Program-made: the position numbers and the translations under genes
Part shown: one piece after another, positions 29,859-40,004 of the stretch
How the letters are laid out: each line of letters starts with the position of its first letter
Numbering within the stretch: position 1 is the stretch's first letter
Notes under the pieces: model-generated
Databases searched by the model: none
The model's input: only the letters and a program-made list of their open reading frames with translations
What the model was told of the DNA's origin: nothing
Assembly (NCBI GenBank): GCA_963719315.1
Contig: CAVRBU010000006.1
Coordinates: 64,001-128,000, forward strand
Origin: an uncultured Planctomycetota bacterium
GTDB lineage: Bacteria > Planctomycetota > Planctomycetia > Pirellulales > Lacipirellulaceae
Length of the DNA stretch: 64,000 nucleotides
Direction of reading: 5' to 3'

Positions 29859-31799
29859 ATGCCGACCGAAAACGCATCATTTGCAGGCTTGAAGGTCGCG
29901 TCGTTCGAAAGCCGGCGGGCTGAAGACATTGAACGCATGATCGTCAAATTCGGCGGCGTGCCGTTTGTCAGCCCTTCGATGCGCGAAGTATCCGTCGGCC
30001 ACAATCGGGCCGCCATCGATTTCGCGAACCGACTCATTACGGGCGGCGTCAACGTCGTCATCTTTCTTACCGGCGTCGGCACGCGGATTTTAGTGCAGCA
30101 AATCGAGCGGCACGTCGATCGCGAACGATTTCTGTCAGCGGTCAGCGACGTGAAAACGGTCGCTCGCGGGCCCAAGCCGTTGGCCGTGCTCAAAGAACTC
30201 GGCATCACGCCCACAATGGTCGTTCCCGAGCCAAATACCTGGCGCGAGATGCTTGCCACGCTTGACGAAAAGCTGCCGGTGGCCAATCTGGTCGTCGGCT
30301 TGCAGGAATACGGCGTGACGAACCGCAGCCTTGTCGCCGGTCTGGAGGCCCGCGGGGCGACGGTCGAATCGGTTCACGTTTACGATTGGGCGCTACCCGA
30401 AGATTGCGGGCCGCTCGAACAAAACATCCGCCGCATTGCCGCCGGTGAGATCGACGTGGCGATGTTCACGTCCGCGAACCAGGTGTTCAACCTGCTCAAG
30501 CTGGCCGACGAGTTGGGCATCGTGGACGAACTCCGCGCCGGTTTCCGCAACCTAATCGTCGCCTCGATCGGCCCCACGACCAGCGAAATGCTCCGCAACG
30601 AAGAACTCCCCGTCGATATGGAACCATCGCACCCGAAGATGGGACACTTGGTCACCGAAGCGGCGGAAAGAGCGGGGGAGCTGTTCGCGCGCAAACGAAT
30701 GATCGCGCAACAGATGGGCGATTTCGGATTTCGGATTTCGGATTTCGGATTGGCAGAGAAGAACAGCAACCTGCGCGACAGCCCGTTCATGAAAGCGTGT
30801 CGGCGTGAACCAACGGACTTCACTCCTGTTTGGCTGATGCGGCAGGCCGGGCGGTACATGCCGGAGTATCGCCGCGTTCGCGCGGGGCAGACGTTTTTGG
30901 AGCTGTGTCGTAATCCGCAGTTGTGCAGCGAGATCATGTGTACGGCCGTCGAGTTCCTCGGCGTCGATGCGGCCATCGTCTTTTCCGATTTGCTGCCGAT
31001 CCTCGAACCGATGGGTATGGAGCTCGAATTCGCCCAGGGCGAAGGCCCGCAGATCCACAACCCGGTCCGCGAATCGGCCGACGTCGATCGCGTTGCCGAA
31101 CTGGAAAGTACCGATGCACTTCACTTCGTGATGGAAGCCGTGCGGCAAACGCGGGTCGATTTGCCGCAAAGAATTCCACTTATCGGTTTCGCCGGCGCAC
31201 CGTTCACGCTCGCCAGCTACGCGATCGAAGGGGGCGCCAGCCGCGATTTCCTGCACACCAAAACGCTGATGTACCGCGACCGCGCCGCGTGGGACGCCCT
31301 TCTGTCCCGACTGTCCCGCGCGATCGTCGTGTACCTCAATGCCCAAATCGCGGCCGGCGCCCAGGCCGTGCAACTGTTCGATAGTTGGGTCGGCACGCTC
31401 GGCCCGGACGATTACCGCACATACGTTCTGCCCCACGTGCAAAAAGTGATCGCCGGCATTACGCCCGGCGTGCCCGTGATCAGCTTCGCTACCGGCAACC
31501 CGCAACTCTTGCCGCTGATGGCTGCGGGGGGAGCGAGCGTCATCAGCGTCGATTGGCGTATCCGACTCGACGATGCTCGGCAACTCATCGGCGAGGATCG
31601 CGCCATCCAAGGCAACCTCGACCCCATGGCTCTGCTGGCCGACACCGCCGAACTCCGTCGCCGCGCGGCCGACATCCTGCACCAAGCGGAATACCGCCCC
31701 GGCCACATCTTCAACCTCGGCCACGGTGTCCTGCAACAAACGCCGCCAGATAACGCGCGGGCGCTGGTGGACATCGTGCATGAGTTGAGTTCGCGTTAG
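29859..31799 (+). CDS. hemE: Fused uroporphyrinogen-III synthase (HemD-like) / uroporphyrinogen decarboxylase
   Basis: N-terminal FESRR, LTGVG, ARGPKP, VYDW, FTSANQ, SIGP; C-terminal PVWLMRQAGRY, FSDLL, GAPFTLASY, QGNLDP, FNLGHG. Confidence 0.93.
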   Translation: MPTENASFAGLKVASFESRRAEDIERMIVKFGGVPFVSPSMREVSVGHNRAAIDFANRLITGGVNVVIFLTGVGTRILVQQIERHVDRERFLSAVSDVKTVARGPKPLAVLKELGITPTMVVPEPNTWREMLATLDEKLPVANLVVGLQEYGVTNRSLVAGLEARGATVESVHVYDWALPEDCGPLEQNIRRIAAGEIDVAMFTSANQVFNLLKLADELGIVDELRAGFRNLIVASIGPTTSEMLRNEELPVDMEPSHPKMGHLVTEAAERAGELFARKRMIAQQMGDFGFRISDFGLAEKNSNLRDSPFMKACRREPTDFTPVWLMRQAGRYMPEYRRVRAGQTFLELCRNPQLCSEIMCTAVEFLGVDAAIVFSDLLPILEPMGMELEFAQGEGPQIHNPVRESADVDRVAELESTDALHFVMEAVRQTRVDLPQRIPLIGFAGAPFTLASYAIEGGASRDFLHTKTLMYRDRAAWDALLSRLSRAIVVYLNAQIAAGAQAVQLFDSWVGTLGPDDYRTYVLPHVQKVIAGITPGVPVISFATGNPQLLPLMAAGGASVISVDWRIRLDDARQLIGEDRAIQGNLDPMALLADTAELRRRAADILHQAEYRPGHIFNLGHGVLQQTPPDNARALVDIVHELSSR

Positions 31800-31801
31800 T
31801 T

Positions 31802-31973
31802 GGGTGCCACTGGCTCTGCCAGTGCTCTTACTGCCTAACCCTTGTGGCCAATCCTGCCAGTTACTCTTCCAGCGGTTTAGGCTTTCGATCGTCTACTGAT
31901 GCTGGGGGGTTGTGTGGTAGTTTTGAGTGCAAGGGGCAGGCTAAAAAAAGCACTGGCGGAGCCAGTGGCACCC
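31802..31973. repeat. Inverted REP pair left of the RAYT (GGGTGCCACTGGCTC(T/C)GCCAGTGC)
   Basis: 24-bp REP at 31802 (+) and 31950 (-). Confidence 0.88.
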
Positions 31974-32038
31974 ATTCTATTGGTGTTTCTTTTGCCGAAC
32001 TCTTGCTATTGCTCTTCCAGCATCCTAAGCTGCCGATC

Positions 32039-32630
32039 ATGGACATCACCCGTCCTCATCGTAAGCTCGTCAAGCACTACCACGAGCCCGGCGACCTGCA
32101 CGAGTTGACATTCTCTTGTTATCACCGGCTGCCGATTCTCACCAACAATGATTGGCGAGAGCGATTGGCCCGATGCATCGACACGGCTGGCCAACAAACA
32201 GGGATGGAGTTGGCCGCTTTCGTCTTTATGCCCGAGCACGTGCATCTGCTTGTCGTTCCCACGCCTCAAATCCAGCTATCGATCAGTATCTGGCATTAAT
32301 CAAGCAACCATTTTCCAAATCGATGAAGGAATTGTTGCTCGATATCGAGTCGCCGCTGGTCGATCGACTCACGGTGCAAGAACGTCAGGCAAGACCTGTT
32401 TTCGCTTCTGGCAAGAAGGCCCAGGATACGATCGAAACTTGAATACGCCAACTTCGGTAGAAGCTGCAATCGATTACATTCACCAGAACCCAGTCCCTCG
32501 AGGTCTCGTCAAGCAGGCCATCGATTGGAAGTGGTCGAGTGCAAGCTGGTACTTGCTCAACTCGCCCCGCCAACAACTCGCAGGCCTTCCGTTCATCCAC
32601 GGTTTGCCGATAGGAGTATTCGACAGGTGA
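32039..32630 (+). mobile_element. REP-associated tyrosine transposase (RAYT/TnpA-REP) with two apparent frameshifts (about 32262 and 32388)
   Basis: LTFSC, FVFMPEHVHLL (HUH), FWQEG.GYD, YIHQNPV.RGL, WKWSS; flanked by REPs. Confidence 0.88.
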
Positions 32631-32670
32631 TGCAGCACGCAAAACACCGTCAAAGTCGTCGGCGTTAGTT

Positions 32671-33086
32671 GGGTGCCACTGGCTCTGCCAGTGCATGTTG
32701 TATATGACCGTAGTCCAAGCACATTACGCTGGAAAATGGTTGGTATGAGAACGAAGCACTATCAGTTGTCGGGTAGTGTTGGGCAAGTTTCAGCTTGCGC
32801 ACGGCCTTGCAATGCTGGTGCGTTTGACTCGAACACTTGAGTGCAAGGGCCAGGCTAGAAGAGCACTGGCGGAGCCAGTGGCACCCTCGCTTGTGCCACT
32901 GTGAGCGCGATGCTGGTGCGTTTGACTCGAACACTTGAGTGCAAGGGCCAGGCTAGAAGAGCACTGGCGGAGCCAGTGGCACCCTCGCTTGTGCCATTGT
33001 GGAGCGCGACGCTGGTGCGTTTGGCCCGAACACTTGAGTACAAGGGCCAGGCTAGAAGAGCACTGGCGGAGCCAGTGGCACCCTCA
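32671..33086. repeat. REPs right of the RAYT, including a 3-unit 98/99-bp tandem array (32813-33086)
   Basis: REP at 32671 (+) and 32863, 32961, 33060 (-); units start 32813, 32911, 33010. Confidence 0.9.
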
Positions 33087-33109
33087 CTTGCATCTCTGTG
33101 GATCGCACG

Positions 33110-33137
33110 AAAAAGCCCCCGGCTTTCGCCGGGGGCT
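33110..33137 (-). terminator. Intrinsic terminator
   Basis: AGCCCCCGGC-GAAA-GCCGGGGGCT then U-tract on the minus strand, about 60 nt after the stop. Confidence 0.8.
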
Positions 33138-33195
33138 CATGCAACGCGGAGGACTTCGGCGTTGCTATCGATCATCGCGATTCTTGCGGTTGGTT

Positions 33196-33711
33196 TTAGT
33201 CGAACAGCTTGTGAACTTGCTTGATCGTCTTGAGCGTCTGGCCGATATGGGGTACTTCGTTGTGCGGGTGCGGGCCGACATACGTGTTCGATTTGTAGTA
33301 GTGCTCGACCGGGCCGTTGCCAGAGTTCACGAACGTGTCGCGGAAGACTACGTTTCCGGTGCGAACGTCGCGGACTTTCAGGCGGATGTAGTTGCTGTCG
33401 TACAGGGCATTCGAAAGCGCATCGTTCCATGATCCAGGGTACGTCAGCTTGAAGCCGTTCAGGCTCAGCAGCACGTCGCCGGGCTCCAGTCCGAGGTACG
33501 AAGCGCGGCTACCGGGGCGGACAAACACGACGCGCTCGCCGAAGCCGTAAATCGTCGAACTGGAAAAACCAAACTTCGGCAGGCCATACGGTTCGCCGGG
33601 TGCGACCAGCAAGGCCTGGGGCGGGCCGGCTGCGGCGGCCGGCGCGACGAACGCCGACAGGGTCAGGCCGAACATCAAAAACAAAGCAGCGGTGCGGTAA
33701 CGAGCGTTCAT
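33196..33711 (-). CDS. Small secreted PDZ-domain protein
   Basis: Signal peptide; KFGF, VRPGSRASYLGLEPGDVLLSLNG. Confidence 0.82.
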   Translation of the reverse strand: MNARYRTAALFLMFGLTLSAFVAPAAAAGPPQALLVAPGEPYGLPKFGFSSSTIYGFGERVVFVRPGSRASYLGLEPGDVLLSLNGFKLTYPGSWNDALSNALYDSNYIRLKVRDVRTGNVVFRDTFVNSGNGPVEHYYKSNTYVGPHPHNEVPHIGQTLKTIKQVHKLFD

Positions 33712-33780
33712 GACAATCTCCGGAACTTGTAGTGGGTCGTTTGTTCCACCTGATCGTGTCAGGTACGCTTGGCCCATAAC

Positions 33781-33795
33781 GCAAGCACCGTGCCA
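33781..33795 (-). promoter_or_regulatory. Putative sigma54 (-24/-12) promoter
   Basis: TGGCACG-GTGC-TTGC on the minus strand, 70 nt upstream of ATG 33711. Confidence 0.7.
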
Positions 33796-34039
33796 CTCTT
33801 GCAAGGCGACAGGACCAAAAACGTCCGCGCCCGAGAAAACCGCGGAAAATAAGACCGCCGCAATGAATCGAACTTTTGGTTCGGCACACTTCGGCAGCCG
33901 AATGTCGTCAAAGCGACGACGGCCGTTTCAGAATGAGATGAGGGTATTTAACGGCAAGGCAATCTCACCTCGCTACGGCGAGTTCCGAGCAACCCGGCCC
34001 TCTCCTGGAGGGAGAGGGAGTTTAGTTGTGTAACATCCG

Positions 34040-35059
34040 TTAAGCCGCGCCGTAATTGACCGTATCGAGAAGTTGCCTCAATCGGCCGAGGCTGCGGCGG
34101 TTGAAGTTGAAGATGAGCCGTGCTCGCGCGGAATTCGACCCGCTCATAGCCGGCTCGGCATCTTGCCGAAATTCGCCGTCGGTCAAAATGTCGGCGAAGT
34201 CGCGCTGAATGGCTCGCAACTTGGCGGCGGGAACTTGCTTTTTCAGCCGCAGCACCAGTCGATTGTTTACGTACTCCATGTCGTCGTACACGCGGTAGAA
34301 CCGCAGAATCTCGTCAACCGTTTCCTCAACGCTGTCGGTCACGCGAAATAGCGACATGTCCTCGAGCGAGATCATCTTGCCCTTCAGCAGGTGCCGCTTG
34401 ATGTACGCCAGCCAATCTTGCCAATACGAGCCGCCGGGCGAATCGAGAAACACCAGCGGCATCAGCTCTCGCTTGCCAGTCTGCAGGAGCGTGAGAACCT
34501 CGAACGCCTCGTCAAGCGTGCCAAAGCCGCCGGGCAGGCAGACCACGGCGTCGCATTCCTTGACGAACATCAGCTTGCGCGTGAAGAAGTACTTCATCGT
34601 CACGAGCTTGTCGTCGCCGCGAATGATCTCGTTGGCCGCCTGCTCGAACGGCAGCATGATGTTGATGCCCATCGAGCGGTCGCGTCCGGCCCCGCGATGG
34701 CCGGCTTCCATGATGCCGGTCGCCGCGCCCGTGACAATGAACCATCCGTTTTGGGCCATCGCGTGGGCAAGCTGCTCGGCGGCGTTGTAGGCCGGCGCGT
34801 CCCGCGGCGTGCGGGCGGAGCCGAACACGGTAACTTTGCGCTGCGAACGATACGGAGCGAAAACCGTGAACGCGCGCCGTAGTTCCCGCAGCGTCTGGCT
34901 GAGAATTTTCAGGTCTTCGTGCGGCGTGTACTCGACCGGCAACTGGTCGGCCGCCTGCCGCAACCGCCGAATGAGGTCGGCGATCTGTTGACGATTGCCC
35001 GCGTCCGTGCCATCGCCATTGAAGAGCGATCCGATGCCGTTATCGCTCTTATCGATCAC
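34040..35059 (-). CDS. LOG family protein (TIGR00730-like nucleotide phosphoribohydrolase)
   Basis: VTVFGSART, GIMEAG, LPFEQ, YFFTRKLMF, PGGFGTLDE. Confidence 0.92.
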   Translation of the reverse strand: MIDKSDNGIGSLFNGDGTDAGNRQQIADLIRRLRQAADQLPVEYTPHEDLKILSQTLRELRRAFTVFAPYRSQRKVTVFGSARTPRDAPAYNAAEQLAHAMAQNGWFIVTGAATGIMEAGHRGAGRDRSMGINIMLPFEQAANEIIRGDDKLVTMKYFFTRKLMFVKECDAVVCLPGGFGTLDEAFEVLTLLQTGKRELMPLVFLDSPGGSYWQDWLAYIKRHLLKGKMISLEDMSLFRVTDSVEETVDEILRFYRVYDDMEYVNNRLVLRLKKQVPAAKLRAIQRDFADILTDGEFRQDAEPAMSGSNSARARLIFNFNRRSLGRLRQLLDTVNYGAA

Positions 35060-35154
35060 ATGTTACCTCGCGGGAAGCGGGGCGCCATGCTCACGCGAGG
35101 CCGCCGAGCGTGAGCATGCAGTGGTGCGTTGCGGCTTTGCCCACATAGTCTTGG

Positions 35155-35239
35155 GTAGGTCCCTTCTGCCGGAAGGGACCTGAGCAAATTCACGAAGTTG
35201 TAGAGCAGGTTCAGGTCCCGCTCGGCAAGCGGGACCTAC
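35155..35239. repeat. REPIN family C, copy 3
   Basis: Same GTAG palindromes. Confidence 0.85.
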
Positions 35240-35316
35240 TTTTTGGGCAATGCGGGTGCGTAGCTAAACACGCCCACGCCAAGCCGAGGGCAGGCCACCC
35301 AAAACCTGTGCCGGCC

Positions 35317-35565
35317 TTAGGCCGCGGGGTGGCGATAGTACTGGTAGGCCAACAGCACTTCGTACAGATCGGCCGAGATCGTGATCTGGTCGTCCTCGAA
35401 GTCCGTGAGCCAGGTGCGTCGGCTGGCGACGGCGTCGGCCAACAGCGGCAATACTTCGCCCAGAGCGACCGTGACCGTGGCCGGAGCTGCCTTCTTGCTA
35501 GCGGAACGGACAGGGGCCTGTTTTTCGGCCGGGCCGCGATAAATTCGCAGGTTCGAGTGGGCCAT
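35317..35565 (-). CDS. Small hypothetical protein (82 aa)
   Basis: AAGGA RBS; protein-like composition (PLLADAV..RTWLTDFEDD..ISADLYEV). Confidence 0.7.
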   Translation of the reverse strand: MAHSNLRIYRGPAEKQAPVRSASKKAAPATVTVALGEVLPLLADAVASRRTWLTDFEDDQITISADLYEVLLAYQYYRHPAA

Positions 35566-35976
35566 GGGATGCTTCCTTACATGCCAGTGGGGGGAGATCT
35601 AGCGAGCGCAGCATCTTGCCGCCTACCAGAACGGTCGTTCTGGATTCGCATCGTCAGTGATCGGCAGCGCGGACGTAACGGATTGACCTTTTTTTCGGAC
35701 AACTCCCATTTTTTGACGTGAGCAAGCTGGCATGATGGCACTGAAGTGGCCGAAACTTCCGACAAATGCCACAATGGGACAGTTGCAACCCGCATGCTGG
35801 ATGCTGGATACTAGTTGCTCGATGCTAGCTCCAACTTTCGGCGGATGGCTGGGATCGAGTCCGTCGAGGCGGACGAGCCCACAGAGCAATAGGGTTCGCG
35901 TTCAGTTCGACTGCAGCCATCCATCGCGGCAACCAGTATCGAGTATCCAGCATTCCAGTCCCCGGTCGGCTACTTC

Positions 35977-38539
35977 ATGGCATCTGAGATTGCGATCGAC
36001 TTCGGCCGCCTGACGCGCGAGCTGGGCATCGACCAGGACAAAGTCGCCCGCACCGTCGCCCTCTTGGACGACGGCAACACGGTGCCATTCATCACTCGCT
36101 ACCGCCGCGATCAGACCGGCGGGCTCGATGAAGAGCAGATCGGCCGCATTCGCGAGAGTGTTACGAAGCTTCGCCTGCTCGATGAACGCAAACAGACGAT
36201 CCTGCGTTCGATCGAATCGCAGCACGCGCTCACCGACGAGCTGCGCGAGCTCGATTGCGCGGGCCGACAGCGTGAAGCGGCTCGAAGATTTGTACCTGCC
36301 GTACCGCCCGAAGAAACAAACGCTCGCGACGAAGGCTCACGAGCAAGGCCTCGCGCCGCTGGCCCGAGAAATCCTTACGCAAGACAAAGCGGCCGCGGAC
36401 CTCGACTTGCGGGCCGCCGATTTTATCAATCCGGACAAATGCATCCCGGACGCCGCGACAGCCCTCCTCGGCGCCGGCCATATTCTCGCCGAGCAGTTCA
36501 GCGAGGACCCCGAGCTTCGCCAAAAAGTCCGCAAGCTGTACCGCAAGACGGGCAGACTCGTGAGCGCGAAGCTCGAAGACAACCCCAAGAAGAATCAGCA
36601 GTTCCACGATTATCTCGACTTCCGCGAACCGCTGCAACGCATTCCGCCCCACCGCGTGCTCGCCATCAACCGCGGCGAACGGGCCAAAGTGCTGCGGGTG
36701 CAAGTCGAGGCCGATAACGGCCAGATCGAAGAGCTGGGCATCGAGCAACTCGTGCCGCCGGAGCACGCCCACAAAGAGTTTCTCACTGGCTGCGTCCGCG
36801 ATGCGCTCGCGCGACTGATTTTGCCCAGCCTGGAGCGCGAAGTCCGCCGCGAGCTTACCGATAAGGCCGAGGCGCACGCGGTCGAAGTGTTTGCCCGCAA
36901 TCTCCGCAACTTGCTGCTGCAGCCGCCGCTGCCGGGCAGGCGGATATTAGCCGTCGACCCGGGTTACAAGAACGGCTGCAAGCTGGCCGTGCTTGACGAG
37001 TTCGGCAAACTCCTGGCCCACGATGTCATTTACGTCGTCGGCAGCGACGAACAAAAAGCTGCCGGCCGCGCGAAGTTGGTCGCGTTCATCACGGAACACA
37101 ATCTGAATGTCATCGCAATTGGCAACGGCACTGCCTGCCGCCAGACAGAACAACTGATCGCCGAAATCCTGGGCAACGAGCTCGCTGCTCAAGACGTGCA
37201 TTACGTCGTCGTCAACGAGGCCGGCGCAAGCGTCTATTCGACCAGCGAAGTCGGTCGAGAAGAGTTTCCCGAGTGCGACGCCATTCAACGCAGCGCGATT
37301 TCAATCGGCAGGCGGTTGCAGGACCCGCTCAGTGAGTTGGTTAAGATCGACCCCGCCAGCATCGGCGTGGGTTTGTACCAGCACGACGCACGGGCCAAGC
37401 ACCTTCGCGATTCGCTCGATGACGTGGTGCAATCGTGCGTCAGCTTCGTGGGTGTCGAGCTCAACAGCGCAAGCACGCCGCTGCTGCGGTACGTTTCGGG
37501 CATGAACCAGCTCACGGCGCGGAGGGTGTATGAGCATCGCCAGCAAAATGGGCCGTTCAAGAACCGCCAGCAGCTTTTGGAAGTGAGCGGCCTCGGCAAC
37601 GCGACATTTGTGCAATCCGCCGGCTTTTTGAAAATCGTCGGCGGCGATCAGCCGCTCGATGCTACCTGGATTCACCCCGAAAACTACGAAGCCGCCAAAA
37701 AGCTGTTGGAAAAGCTCGGGATCGACCCTGCCACGGTCACCAGCGGCGCAAGCGCAGCCAAAATCCGTGAGCTCGTCGCGCCGCTCGATCGCCAGGCCCT
37801 AGCCGCCGAGCTTGGCGTCGGCCAACTCGCGTTGGACGACATGATCGAAGCGCTCTGCCGACCAGGTCGCGACCCGCGCGAAGATCTGCCGCCGCCCATC
37901 TTCCGCAAGGATGTGGTCAAGTTCGAAGATCTGCAAGCCGGTATGGAACTCCGCGGCACCGTGCTGAATGTCGTCGATTTTGGCGCGTTCGTCGATGTCG
38001 GCCTCTCGGATAGCGGTCTCATCCATATCAGCCAACTCAGCGCCGGCTACGTCCGCGATCCGCATCAGGTCGTGGCCGTCGGCGATCAGGTGCGGGCCTG
38101 GGTTTCCTCGATCGACCAACAGCGCCGCCGCGTGGCACTCACGATGATCCCGCCCGGCACCGAACGACCCAAGCCAACCAAATCGCGCGGACGCGGTCGC
38201 CGCGAAGACGCCCCGCAACAACCGCGACCGCAAATTTCGCCGACAGAAGGCACTCGGACGCCTGCCGAAAGAACCGCCGCCCCCCCGCGACGCGGCGGCA
38301 AACCTCGCCATGATCGCCGCGGGCCGCCGCAACGCCAGCCGCGGACCGGCTCGTACGAAAAGCGAGCCCCAAAGACAGTCGTGCCAATCACCAAAGAAAT
38401 GGAAGCCGGCAAAGCCTATCTCCGTTCCTTCGGCGACTTGTTGCAGTTCCAACAGAAGAAAAAAGAGCACGACGGCGACGAGACGAAATCAGACGACCTG
38501 CCGGAATCGCCGAGTTCAAACGGAACCAAACCGAGTTAG
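35977..38539 (+). CDS. tex: Tex family transcription accessory protein (S1 domain); apparent +1 frameshift near 36254
   Basis: GNTVPFITRYR, LEDLYLPY, AVDPG, NEAGASVYS, GRRLQDPL.ELVKIDP, IGVGLYQHD, S1 DFGAFVD. Confidence 0.93.
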
Positions 38540-38605
38540 TCGAGAGTCGAGAGCCAGAAGAGATTTCTGGCTCTTGACTCTCGACTTTAAGCTCTTGTCC
38601 CGCCC

Positions 38606-39088
38606 ATGAGCTTCAAAGAGCGATTACAACGAGCTACCGAACGCGGCAAGCAAGTCCGCGCGGCCCAACTCAACGAGGAGGCGGCCAAAGCGCTCAGCGA
38701 AGAAGAGTGCCGCCGGCTCCACTCGCAGTATCGGCTCGCGCTCACCGACCACATCGAGAATTGCCTCGGCGAGTTGGCCGATAATTTTCCCGGATTTCGC
38801 GCCGAAACGATCGTCGATGAAACCGGCTGGGGCACCGCCGTCAGCCGCGACGACCTCGGTCTTGCCGCCGGCCGACGCAACTCGTTCTTCAGCCGGATGC
38901 AAGTCGTCGTCAGCCCGTACAGCCAGTACCGCGTGCTGGATATCGCCGCGAAAGGCACGGTGCGGAACAAAGAAGTGGTCAGCCGCAACCACTATCAGCG
39001 CCTGGCCGAAGTCGATCTGCAAACGTTCCGCGAACTGATCGAGACCTGGGCGCTCGATTACGCGGAGCTTTACTCGGCCGCGGTGTAA
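38606..39088 (+). CDS. Hypothetical protein
   Basis: 160-aa ORF with typical codon bias, co-oriented with tex. Confidence 0.75.
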   Translation: MSFKERLQRATERGKQVRAAQLNEEAAKALSEEECRRLHSQYRLALTDHIENCLGELADNFPGFRAETIVDETGWGTAVSRDDLGLAAGRRNSFFSRMQVVVSPYSQYRVLDIAAKGTVRNKEVVSRNHYQRLAEVDLQTFRELIETWALDYAELYSAAV

Positions 39089-39271
39089 TCCAACCCAAGG
39101 TTGTGCGCGGCCTCCCAAGTTGTGCGCGGGTCTCCCGACCCCGCACCGTCGGAGACCTGCGGTCACCGATTCGGCGAGGTCGAGAGAGCTGCGCCGAACA
39201 CGAGTTTCCGCCCCGGTACACGACCCTCTGCATGGACATTGAGCGGCGCGTCGCCGCGCCAGAGCGAGAGC

Positions 39272-39859
39272 TTACGCAACCAACCAGGCACGACCGACAA
39301 CGTCGGCGCCGAGAGCGTGATCGAAATCTGGTCGCCGTCCCCCGCGAAATCGCTCGCCGACGGGCATGCCGTTCTGCACTAGGTTCAATTGCAGTTGTCC
39401 GCTCAATTCGGGGTAGCCCGCCAGCCGACGCTCCACCACCGCCGTAATGCTTTGCACCGTAGCCCGCGGCAATGTCGCCTCAACGGCGCCTGCCCGCGCC
39501 GCCACATTCAAGGCATGTTCCGCCGAAACCAGGTAAGCGAATTCAACGAGCACGCTTGCCGCGAAACCAAGTACCGCCGCCACAGCAGCCCATTGCAACA
39601 CCCACCCCACACCGCGCGTTTGAGCAACGCTAGGTGGCTGGGATCCAAGGACACCGCGGCCGCCATGGTCGGTGGCGGGTGGCTGGGGTTGAGCGCCGGC
39701 GAGCCCCCGACGGACCTGGGTAAGCTCTTCTACTTCCTCTGCTGCGAAACAACCGGCCGTTTCGTCAACATCCTCCACCCATTCGAAATCGGGGCAGTCA
39801 ATCGTCTTCGGCCGATCGAAATGGGCGAGTAGCGCATGCGATGTTTGGTCGGCATCCAT
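39272..39859 (-). CDS. TadE/TadG-like pilin-related protein (3' frame uncertain)
   Basis: TM followed by LNVAARAGAVEATLP. Confidence 0.55.
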   Translation of the reverse strand: MDADQTSHALLAHFDRPKTIDCPDFEWVEDVDETAGCFAAEEVEELTQVRRGLAGAQPQPPATDHGGRGVLGSQPPSVAQTRGVGWVLQWAAVAAVLGFAASVLVEFAYLVSAEHALNVAARAGAVEATLPRATVQSITAVVERRLAGYPELSGQLQLNLVQNGMPVGERFRGGRRPDFDHALGADVVGRAWLVA

Positions 39860-40004
39860 CCTTCCAGGCTAATTGCGACCTGCGACCGGTGCAAAAGTTC
39901 TTGCGCCGATTGTAGTGAGCACGCTCCGCGTGCCGTAACCTGCGCCTGAATAATCCGTGCGTTCCGGTTAGAAGGCTACGGCACGCGAAGCGTGCCCGCT
40001 ACTT

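Noticed and set aside
32813..33086. CRISPR array
   Set aside because: Units are near-identical along their whole length with no unique spacers; no cas genes; explained by REP amplification
33110..33137. IS200/IS605 end hairpin
   Set aside because: GAAA loop, U-tract and position after a stop codon fit a terminator; no TnpB nearby
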